64,000 nt of DNA from Heptranchias perlo (lineage: Eukaryota): NCBI RefSeq assembly GCF_035084215.1, contig NC_090331.1:71548001-71612000 (forward strand). The letters are read 5' to 3'. Made by a program: the position numbers and the translations under genes. The notes below the pieces were generated by a model. The model searched no databases. It had not been told where the DNA came from and saw nothing but the letters and a program-made list of their open reading frames with translations. This document shows, piece by piece, positions 1 to 10,009 of this stretch; position 1 is the stretch's first letter, and each line of letters begins with the position of its first letter.

Positions 1-703
1 AAACTGACAGGTAAAGTACTCCATGATCCATTCGGCACAGCATTTGAGTATTTAAGACGAGTAACTTCAATACTAGTGATAGTATATTATGGATTTTTCA
101 AGTTTAAAAGCCAGTCTTTGGTAATTTTATAGTGCCATTTTACCACAGAAACAGTAGCAAAATCAGCTGAAATCTCAAAACATATTTGTGAGACATCAAT
201 GTCTCTGAGTGGACTCCACAAAGAGAATATATTTTACAATGATGTAATCAGCTTTTATTGATTGAATGGCTGCATCATTGCTTTGCAAAACATTTTAGAA
301 ATGTAATATAATAGCAATAAATGTCAATGACCCTCACTGTACTTGGCAATAAACTGTTCCAGCCTCAACATTTAATCAGAGACTATTGTTGCGCCATACA
401 CTTCAAGTTCTGAAATTCATTACTAAAGTAAACTACTGAAATTTATCATATTCTAAAAAAGGTCAATGCCACATTCTATTTTTAAATGACTGTGTTCTTA
501 GTTTAACCCTTTGTCCACAGCATTTTTAGCCAAAAACCGTAACAACTGTGTAACATTTTTCAGGCACTCACCAGACATTTCTGTTGTGCTCAGTCGAAAG
601 GACTACGCCCACAAGGCAGCCCTCACTCCCTACAAACCATAGACACACAACATCTGGTAATGAAGTGCTGCCTGGGGGGTTGAACAGAACACCATGTTAC
701 TTT

Positions 704-852
704 AACAAAAGCAGAAAATGCTGGAATCACACAGGTAAGTCAGCATCAGTAGAGAGAACAGCGTTCTCTCCACAGATGTTGACTGACCTGGTATATATGT
801 TTCTAGCATTTTCTGTTTTTGTTTCAGATCTCCAGCATCTTGCTTTTTAAAG
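704..852. mobile_element. Penelope-like (PLE) mini-insertion: inverted terminal-repeat hairpin with short tail
   Basis: Imperfect inverted arms AACAAAAGCAGAAAATGCTGGAA...GAGAGAAC / GTTCTCTC...TTCTAGCATTTTCTGTTTTTGTT (704-823), followed by a tail. Flanked by the near-direct repeat TGTTACTTTAA (695-705) / TGTTACTGTAA (853-863). The same family recurs at about 52500-52570. Confidence 0.65.
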
Positions 853-1635
853 TGTTACTGTAATTTATTCAGACCCTTATCACGTTTTCCTTCAGGTAAC
901 AGGAGAATAATTGGTCACATTGTAAGACTTTGGTGCTTAAGATGTAATCTTATGAATCAGATCTATTAAAAGTAAAAATTTAAACAGTTGCAAAATACCA
1001 ACACGGCATTGTCTCAGGTTCACAAAATATTAAGATGCAACACATCACCAATTCTCCTGTTAACAATGAACTCGGATTAGCATTAATAGCACAAAACGAT
1101 TGAGTCCAACCGACGGACCTTTCACATAAAGCATCCTGTGTAATGGTGAGCACATTAGAACAGGAAGAGCCAGCGAGCAGAGATTCACTTCAGGGTTAGA
1201 ACTCTGCTACCCCTTTGATCTCAGAAGATCAAAAGGTGATTAGCAGATAGGTATCGTACACAGTTGAACAAAGCTATCAAATTAAAGTGATGGTTCCTTA
1301 GACCTCATAATAGATGCTGGACAAAAATCTGTACATGGCTAGTTCCAAGTACTTGTACCATGGTTATTTTCCAGGTAAAGTAAGCATACTGCAAGCCTAT
1401 GAGAAAGCTTCCCTGCAGAGTACCTTTCTTATTGGGTTTCTGTGTTTCTCAAGACATTAGGATATCAAAATGTCATGCTCTCTCACAGAGTTTGTGTGAC
1501 TGCATTCTAGCGTGGGTTAAATGTGCATTCTCTTTGCAGTAAACAAGTCAAAATGGATTAATAACAGTGTGTGAAACCGAATTCCTTCACAAGTTCCAGT
1601 GGAGTTCTTTCAAAACTCCATACCAGACAAGGGCA

Positions 1636-1773
1636 GGCAATTGCTGGAGATATGCCCGTAATAGCAGGTGCACCCACCTGCCCATGTAAATAAAGTGCCC
1701 TCCCACTAACCCCGCAACTTCCGGTAGGGTCAGCACTTGTGGGCATCAGTGGGCGTGATCCCAGCGTAACTGC
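1636..1773. mobile_element. Small degenerate MITE-like inverted-repeat element
   Basis: Imperfect inverted ends GGCAATTGCTGGAGATATGCCC ... GGGCGTGATCCCAGCGTAACTGCC. Confidence 0.35.
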
Positions 1774-1806
1774 CAGGATCAAAGCCCACATATTTTTGGA
1801 GCCTAT

Positions 1807-3202
1807 GGGGGTAAAATTGGGCTATCTAGCGCCAGATTTTTAGACGCTACGCGGCCAACTAAGCCTCGAAAACGGGGTCTGAGACGCATGCGCACACTTC
1901 CGATGGGAAGTGCACGGGATGCCATCTTGGTAAAGCGGTTTGCGTGCGTGCCTAACGACCACCGGTGGCATACAGGGTAAGGAGAACATGATGTGAATCA
2001 ATGTGGTGCGCTGATTTAAAGGGACCACTATTTTGGAACTCCACACTCCATTCAATGCACTCTGAACTTTGTATAGCTGAACATGACTTAAAGGGGATGA
2101 AGGACGCCCCCCCCACCACCAGCGGTATTTAAAGGGACAATGCAGAAGTTACAGGTTAGTTGCTGTATTACATTTTCTGGCTGCTGATGCATTTGTACGT
2201 GTATTTGGAGATTTCCTATATTTAGATAAAGTTTCAATACTCTACAGGGAGTGGGCTGGCTGGCTGTCAGGCAACAGCAAGGGCACTGACAGAGTGGCAG
2301 GGGTGGGAGCAGGAATGCTGTTATCCTGAGAGGACAGCAGGTTCGTGTTCTATGGAGCCACTGTTACTTGCTGCCTCCAATTATGCGCCATCTTCTCCTA
2401 CAAGAAAGAAGGAACTTTATCAGTGAGTGCCCTGCAAGATGTTTGGATGATGTGGCTGTCATGGATGAACAGCCAGCACTGTGTGTGAACTGTGAGTTGT
2501 GGGTTTGAGGCTTGCAACAGTGCAAAGTGTGTGAGGGTGAGATAAAGCACGTGATTTGAACGGTTGAGTATTGACTGAAAGGGATTGTTGGTAGGTGGGT
2601 AATGGGGGTGTAGTGAATTGAGCAGTGGATGAGGCTAGTGGTGCAGTTGGTACGATATGCCACTTGAAGCTTGAACTCACTCACCTTGACAACTCATTTT
2701 AAATCATTGAACTTCTTCCTGCACTGCATCCATGTCCTTGGAGCTATACACCTGGCATTTACCTCCTCCGCTACTTCCTTCCACTGTCTCTTCAGCATAT
2801 GTCTGGAGGGCCTCCTGCCCCCCGTGGATACAGGATGCCCCTCCTTCTCTCCACTTCTTGCACCAAGGCCTCCAGGGCATCATCAGAGAACCTTGGTGCA
2901 TGCACTGTCCTAGGCGCAGCCATTCTTCAAAGTATCACAGCACAGATTCAGTTTAGAAAAGACTCCCACCACTTCTTGCAGCCACAATGCACCTCCCCTT
3001 TAAGAGGTGCAGGCTGCCTTTAAGAAGCATGAGCCACTCGCGACATCGGGGGCCCCTACTGATGTGTGCAGCCAATCAACAGCTCAGGTAGCCCTGGCTA
3101 CACGCAGCATGAATGCAATGTGCTGCCAGCATCGCTATGAACAGGCACAGGTTAATCACGCACTGCGATCCCCATTTTCAGGGGTTATCCAATTTAACCC
3201 CC
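1807..3202. mobile_element. Non-autonomous PIF/Harbinger DNA transposon (family A)
   Basis: TIRs GGGGGTAAAATTGG (1807-1820) / CCAATTTAACCCCC (3189-3202), 13/14 match. Flanks TAT/TTT may be a decayed 3-bp TSD. Contains a Myb/SANT exon remnant. Confidence 0.8.
2685..2923 (-). pseudogene. Harbinger Myb/SANT-like DNA-binding protein, exon 1 remnant
   Basis: Frameshifted minus-strand reading MAAPRTVHAPRFSDDALEALVQEVERRRGILYP...QWKEVAEEVNARCIAPRTWMQCRKKFNDL, followed by a GTGAGT donor. The W..VA..VN and QC.K.FNDL motifs fit the Myb_DNA-bind_5 family. Confidence 0.8.
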
Positions 3203-3223
3203 TTTGTCTCCAAGGCCTATTAT

Positions 3224-3224
<1 letters not shown>

Positions 3225-3271
<47 letters not shown>
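3225..3271. repeat. (CA)n microsatellite
   Basis: About 22 CA units seen directly. Confidence 0.97.
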
Positions 3272-3273
<2 letters not shown>

Positions 3274-3275
<2 letters not shown>

Positions 3276-3360
3276 GTGGGAGGCAGTAGCGGAGGAGGTA
3301 AATGCCAGGTGTATAGCTCCAAGATCATGGATGCAGTGCTGGAAGAAGTTCAATGCTTGA
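3274..3360 (+). mobile_element. Inverted duplicate of the Myb exon segment at 2702-2786, outside the TIR
   Basis: CAGTGGGAGGCAGTAGCGGAGGAGGTAAATGCCAGG...GAAGAAGTTCAATG is the reverse complement of 2702-2786 with only a few mismatches. ORF track reads QWEAVAEEVNARCIAPRSWMQCWKKFN. Confidence 0.85.
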
Positions 3361-3373
3361 TATATATCTATCA

Positions 3374-3482
3374 AGCAGCTTGTGACCAATCCTAAATATG
3401 GCCTATTTAATGTGATGCAGCTTATATAAATTAGGCTGCATCACTTTAAATAGGGCATATTTTGGATTGGTCACAAGCTGCT
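3374..3482. repeat. 109-bp near-perfect palindrome (MITE-like hairpin)
   Basis: 51-nt arms with 4 mismatches and a 7-nt loop. Confidence 0.9.
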
Positions 3483-6179
3483 GGAAAGAAACTTAGGTGA
3501 TAACTTCCCAGGACTAAACTTGAACAAGATTGCAAATTTTAATAAGTGAACATGCTAAAATGTTTGGGATCTGGGCTTCGAGGATGCTGTGGAAATGGAC
3601 ATTAAATATTAAATTTCTCCTAACAGGGAGGAGAGCTCCTTAATAATTCTCATATAATAAAATGGAGGTGAGCACTTTTCATCGATCAATCCTAGCCTAA
3701 AGTAACGCTCCTCTTTAATTTTGGCATATTTTAAATTACTATTATTGTAACAAAAAAAATTCACTACCAAAAACTAAGTTAAAATGTCACACAGTATTTG
3801 AAACAGTAACACAGAATAACCAACTGTTTTGAAAATATCTCACCTCTATCATGTAAGCACATTTTACTTGACTGAGGTTTTAGCAGCCATGTACATGTCT
3901 AATGATCTATTAAAACCCAGGGCGCCATTGGGCAGTCCATTACCATACTATAGAATTACTTATGCCTCTGTAAACATCCCAGTTTTACATGGGAGTTAAC
4001 AATACGGGCAGCTCAGAGAATAACCAACATCAAACCTCATGTCAAGAGAGTTATTGGGGGGTGGGGTGGGGGTTGCAGGGAGAAACTCAACTTGCACCCA
4101 AAATGGGCAGCAAGTCAACAGAAAGATTGCCCCGCACATTGGTCCGTGCTGACCTGAGGCTCAAGCCAAATTCAGCATCTGGCCTCCTATGAATTGAAGT
4201 GCACCAAATGGACACCTCAATGCCTGACTAATTTCGGCTCCAGCATGAGCTGACCCGCAGGTAGGTCCAGGGTTGGGGATTGGAGGTGAAGCTGAGGCTG
4301 AGGAGGCTGGTGGTGAGCCCAGGCCAGCAGCGGCCCGCAGTATTTTGGTGGAGCCTGGAGAAGCACTGTTGCTTTTTTTGGCTCCACTAAATTATAACTT
4401 TGAAAAAGGTTTGGGGCTGTTTTTTGAGCAGGATCTGTGATGAGTTTAAGGGTAGTCGCTAAAGACACAGAACAACACAAATTGTATGAAGGGTCCTTAA
4501 TGGGGGTGGGGGAGAAGGAATCCTGTAAAAACAAAAGTTCAACCGTTGAATGAAGTTATGAAGAGGTGACATGCTGATCATGTAGGTACTGACTTCCGCT
4601 AACACTTTACTTACCCTTGTGGGCCACTGGACAAGAGAGCTCAGATTTGAGACTGGCTGAAGTGCCTGTCATAACATGTGGCATTTGGTGTGCATTTCTT
4701 TCTGGTAGCTGTGCTAATCTGCTCATCTAGTGGAGCTGGTACAGAGATACTGCAACAGCAGAGGACCTTGTGTAAGGGACATTCTCTCAGTTTTGGAGTA
4801 GTTAAGCTTGCATCCCGAGAGTGGAGCAAAATCCTTGAAATTATGGAAGATGTTGGGGAGTCATGTGGTGGGACTATGTAGAATACCATCACTGTTCAAA
4901 TACTATCTGTCTGTCTAGGAGGCATATAGTTTTGGCTGCTGAATGATGGCTATGGGAGAACCCAATTTGTGTGGGCTAAACTATGGGAAACTGCATCCCG
5001 AGCGGCCAGAATCTTGGGACAACATTTTGTATTAAGTAGCAGGATATGAGTCTGCAAGATCAGCACAAGGTGTTTTTGTCCATTTTTTAAAAAACAAAAG
5101 TAGTACCAAAATGCATTTTAAGTTTTGATGAAATACAATTGTACTAGCCAAAAGGAGTGAACAAACTTTCTTTGACTCAGAGGCCATAAAATTTGGTTAA
5201 AAAAACACAACTGAAACCAATGACATGATGCAGTCAGACAAATGAGTCAGCAAAGGGCAGCAGTGAGCTCCACTACCTCACTAAGAAGAGCTGTCAAATC
5301 CCTTAAGAGCTGTAAAGAGTAAAAAGGAAGTTGGATGGAGAGCTTGTGACAGAAAAATAGACAGAATGAATCCCAGAGATTAGGCATAAAGAGATTAGGG
5401 ATAAACACTACTTGGCACTGGGACGGACACACATGTACTAATTAAACCACTACAGAAATGAAAAGTGCATACACTGGCTGGACTACTGCAGACATCATGG
5501 GCTCGATTTTAGCGTCGGGTTTCCTGTGGGTTTCCAGCGGAGGGGCCCCGAAAATCCCGATATCCAGTCACGTGACCGGATCGCGCAGAGATCCCGGCCA
5601 CTTCCGGGTGCCGTGCTGACGTGCGGGGCTGCGTGCGCAGGCCCCGCTGGTGGGAATCCCGCAGGCAATTAAAGCCAGCGGGGTTACACATAAGTGTACT
5701 TACCTTGCTTGTTGAGGTCATTAAATGAGCTGAAGCAGCTGTCAAAACAGGAAGTGTGGTATTTTAGCTTCAAGGCAGTGAGTTTCACACACTGGGGGAA
5801 ACAGTCTCCCTTCAACCGGTCGTGTTCCAGCCAGCAGCCTGTGGCAGCTGCCAAGGTGCACTCCACGGGGGAGAGCCCTCACCCACGCAGGAGGCCAGCG
5901 CATCACGTAGGGCAACCCCTGCCCTCCACCACCCCCCGCCAAGCCAGAGGACAGACCGACGTGAAACCGCAGCCCCAGTGCGAGGAACCACCTACCTACC
6001 CTGCACAACCCCTCAGACCAACACCTGCCAGATGGGTGGTGTGTGGACACCCTCGGAGGACGAACAGCATGACCAACCCCAGCAGCCTCGCAGTCCACGC
6101 CGTCCACCTCTGACACGTGGAGCTCCACAACAGAGTGCTGTGACACATCCACCTGTACAGCAGGAGGGAGGGCTACCGC

Positions 6180-6480
6180 AGAGAGAGAGACGCGTCGCAG
6201 AGGGCACTACCCTCCGCACAGGGTCCACAGACCGAGGCGCAGCTCCCCGGACCTCTCTGAGCAGCAGTGCACACGGAGGCGCAGATTCACTTGACATGTA
6301 GTCGTGGCGATCTGCAGGCTCTTTCATGCCGAGCTGCTCCTGTCTGGCCCCAGCACCATCTGCTTACCTGTCGCTGCCAAAGTCACCACTGCCCTCCACA
6401 ACTTCTCCTCCGCATCCTTCCAGGGTGCAGCCGGGTACACCGCCGATGTCTCTCAGTCGTCTGCGCGGAAGAGCCCTGCA
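6180..6480 (+). pseudogene. HARBI1-like Harbinger transposase, N-terminal remnant
   Basis: RRRGHYPPHRVHRPRRSSPDLSEQQCTRRRRFT*HVVVAICRLFHAELL...LPVAAKVTTALHNFSSASFQGAAGYTADVSQSSA resembles the HARBI1 N-terminal helix-turn-helix region. The catalytic DDE part is absent. Confidence 0.85.
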
Positions 6481-7029
6481 AATACACCTGCACCTACTCT
6501 GCAGTAACACAATGGGTGGCATCAGTGGTGGGTCCTCATAGTGATACCTAGGAGCGGGCATTATTGGACACAACAGACAGGATTCGTGGAGACATGGCAG
6601 TGGTGGTGCCAATATAATGTGTGCTGTTTGTTGCTCTGAAATTTAATATAGGTAACACCCATGGCAAACCCTCAGACACCCTTGTGCATCCCCTTCATGC
6701 TCACGACACGTTTGCCGTACGCTGCCTACTGCACATATGCGATGCATGCCCTGTGGCTGCGGCACAGGTGGTGGCAGGTTGAGTGAGGCTGGCCGTGAGA
6801 GAGATGCACGAGAGGGTGAGTATGGGATAGAGCCATGAGATTGTATGAGGATTGGGTCGCGTGTTAGTGGCGGGTGAGTACTGGCGAGGTGAGTAGGTGC
6901 AGGTAAGATGAGGATGGGGTCTGAGTGGGTATGAGGGGTGATGTGACAGAGTAGTGTTGGCGGTGCCGAAGGAGATGTGGGGTGGAGGCAGTGTTGTGGC
7001 AGACGGAGTGTAGGGGAAAGACTACGTGT

Positions 7030-7280
7030 TCTCATTGTGGCTGACCTACTGAGGTCATTGGAGCGCCTCCTGCACTGTATGCAGGTGGGCGATATGTTGG
7101 TGGTGCATGTGACCCCCTCTGCCACCTCGAGCCAGGCCTTCTTGGTGGCAGAGGCAGGCCGCTTCCTCCCGCCCGCCGGGTGGAAGATCTCTGTCCTCCC
7201 CCTCCTCCTCACCCCATCTGATGATACCTGGGGTGAGGCATCATTAAACTGGGAGCAGCCTTCCCCCTGGGCTGCTCCAT
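7030..7280 (-). pseudogene. Harbinger Myb/SANT gene, exon 1 remnant (copy 1)
   Basis: MEQPRGKAA...FNDASPQVSSDGVRRRGRTEIFHPAGGRKRPASATKKAWLEVAEGVTCTTNISPTCIQCRRRSNDLSRSA; homologous to 19070-19308. Confidence 0.85.
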
Positions 7281-8672
7281 GCTGTAATTTGTTCCATTGG
7301 TTGCAGCATCTGTCAGTGGAGGACTGCCCCTTTAACGAGAGAGCCTCCAGCTGACAGATCGTACTGCGCATGCGCAGCCCGCCCGACGCGCAGACCAGCA
7401 GCGCGGAGCCCGGAGGAGCAGGTAAGTGATTCCAATTAGTGCATTGCCTGCTACGATCGCGCGGGCAACCCACTAATTTCACCAGGCGCGGAGGCCACGC
7501 ACCCGAAACCCAACCCGCCGGAAACCCGCAGGCCTGCTAAAATCAGGCCCCATGTGTACAGATGCTACAAGATCTGCTCAATTGAACTTATTCCTGAATC
7601 TCATGCGCGTGCACACGCAACAAACAAACAGATTAGACAGACACAACGCCAGATCATCACAAAGATCAGGTGCCACATACTACTAGACCACCACAAAGAA
7701 CAGGTGCATGTACAGCAGATAAGTCACCAGAATATAATGCTCTGATATCTATTATAAAATAAATCACTTACCTGCCCTTTCTATCCATTTGACATCAGAA
7801 TAAGGCACAGTGACACATGAAATCATGTTGTCTTGACATGTTAGTTGCCAACATCAGGCTTTGTATCCCCAGAAGAACAAAGGACATATTCACAGCATGG
7901 GCAAGAATGAGAATAACGGTGACAAATGCATGAAGCTGGTACGTTTCTCTCAATACAAGTCAGGTTAACTGGCTGACAATTCAGATTTCCCCCATCTCAA
8001 TCAGGCCAACTTGATTTCAATTTTTGGTTTGGATGGGATCTCCTCCCCACCAGGTTATTACACTGAAATCTCAGTTTTGAAATTGTGTGGTCCTGTGCTC
8101 TTGTAATCCATGTTCTATGGTCAATTAAATACTATGGTCAACAAGATTAAAAATAGCAATGTAGTTAGGTCGTGTGTTGAAAAATAGCTTAATTTTGTTA
8201 GCATTTCAAACTCACTACAAAAGAGAAACTCAATTCTCACCCTTATTTTCTGTACAATCCTGCACAATGGCAAAATTAAAATAAAGGAAAACCTAAGCGG
8301 GTAATTAAGAAATCAACCTAGTGAAAACAATTTTTTTTTGACTTAAATGACTTCCATTTTAATGATAAATCCCAGAATTACTGTTCTTTTACATTCTTCA
8401 GCCTTCTTTTAGAATTTAGGGTTTCAATATAATTTTTAAATAAGAAGCACATTTATGATGACAGCTGCTCCCTTCAGCGACAACTGCAAAAAAGCAACAG
8501 CAGTTTTATTTGTTTTAATCTTGAGTGATGGAATTTCTACATCACTTTGTATGAAAACAAATTGCTCCTGGTTTTGCATCCATTAAATACATCCTTCTGC
8601 TCCTGGTTTCTAATATTAGCAGCAGGAAAGCACAGTGAAAGAATAATGGAAATCATTATTTGCATATTCTTC

Positions 8673-9450
8673 CAACATCAACTGCAACAATTGCATTTAT
8701 ATAGCGCCTTTAAAGTAGTAAAAATGTCCTAAGGCACATCAGGAGCGTTATCAGACAAAGTTTGGTACTGAGCCACATAAGGTTATATTAGGGCAGTCGG
8801 TCAAAAGCTTGGTCAAAGAGGTAGGTTTTAAGGAGCGTCTTAAAGGAGGAGAGAGGGGTGGAGATGCGGAGAGGTTTGGGCCTAGGCAGCTGAAGGCACG
8901 GCCACCAATGGTGGAGTGATGAAAATCAGGGATGAGCAAGAGGCCAGAACTGGAGGAACGCAGAGAGCTCAGAAGGCTGTAGGGCTGGAGGAAGTTGCAG
9001 AGATAGCGAGGCCACGGGGAGATTTAAACACAAGGATGAGAATTTTTAAATCGGGGAGCCAATGTAGGTCAGTGAGCATAGGGTGATGGGTGAACGGGAC
9101 TTGGTGTGAGTTAGGATTTGGGCAGCAGAGTTTTGGATGAGCTCAAGTTTACAGAGGATGCAAGATGGGAGGCGGCCAGGAGAGCATTGGAATAGTCGAG
9201 TCTGGACATAACAAAGGCATGGATGAAGGTTTCAGCAGCAGAGGAGCTGAGACAGGGGCGGAGTCGGACAACATTACAGAGGTGGAAGGAGGCGGTCTTG
9301 GTGATGGAGAGAATATGGGGTCAGAAGCTCATCTCAGGGTCAAATAGGATGCCGAGGTTGCGAACAATGCGGTTCAGCCTCAGACAGTGGTCAGGGATGG
9401 GGATGGAGCTGATGACTAGAGAATGGAGTTTGTGGTGGGGACCAAAGACG
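8673..9450 (-). mobile_element. L2-clade LINE, 5'-truncated 3' end
   Basis: Reverse complement of the 3' part of the L2 at 11700-12486. Ends AAAGGCGCTATATAAATGCAA plus a (TTG)n-like tail. Confidence 0.85.
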
Positions 9451-10009
9451 ACAGCAGATAAACGTTGTTGGTATCACTGCGTTTCAAACCATTACTATCA
9501 TCTGAAAGCCAATGGGGAATGTGGGAATAAACTCTAACCTTCCCTCTGTCCGCATGCCTGTCTCTCTCTCACTTTAGTGAATTTCACAATCACGTGCAGA
9601 TTCTCTCTATCGATCTCACTATCTTGGACTCAAATCTCTCTCCGTTGCTTACGATCAAAATCACTTCGTTCCCTATCTGTGACTACAATTTTCCAAGACA
9701 ATTGTGTCAATTTGCTAAAATATTGCTTTTGAACTTTAAAAGCCTCCAACAGATGACCTGACACAATCTTCTAATAGGGTTTTCATTCCAACAAATTAAT
9801 AATGCATATTTATAAACAATCATATATAAATTAAGTCTGTATGGATCAAAATGTAATATCCCCTAGTCCTGGAAATTACAATAATTAAATTATTTGTTTT
9901 TAATAATGCATTTCAATGCTAGTAGCATCAAAACAGTTTTAAATCATTTTCATATATCAACATTTTTTTAAAAATACAAAACTTGACTACACGATATCTA
10001 TCATAATCT

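Larger units (their letters stand above)
5499..7550. mobile_element. Internally deleted PIF/Harbinger transposon (family B, copy 1)
   Basis: TIRs GGGCTCGATTTTAGC / GCTAAAATCAGGCCC (13/15). Perfect 3-bp TSD CAT (5496-5498 and 7551-7553). Convergent remnants of a HARBI1-like gene (+) and a Myb/SANT gene (-). Confidence 0.92.

Noticed and set aside
3920-4530. GC-richer block that may be a non-autonomous DNA element
   Set aside because: No TIRs or TSD could be defined by eye.
4605-4670. Minus-strand donor AGG|GTAAGT as a possible exon
   Set aside because: The translation does not resemble the expected next DGK exon (IDFEGFKLFM-like).
6643-7482. 279-aa ORF as a functional gene
   Set aside because: A chimeric read-through of promoter, frameshifted Myb exon and intron in a deleted transposon.
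7770-7940. Minus-strand donor CAG|GTAAGT at about 7781 as a possible DGK exon or micro-exon
   Set aside because: No DGK-like peptide and no good polypyrimidine acceptor upstream.
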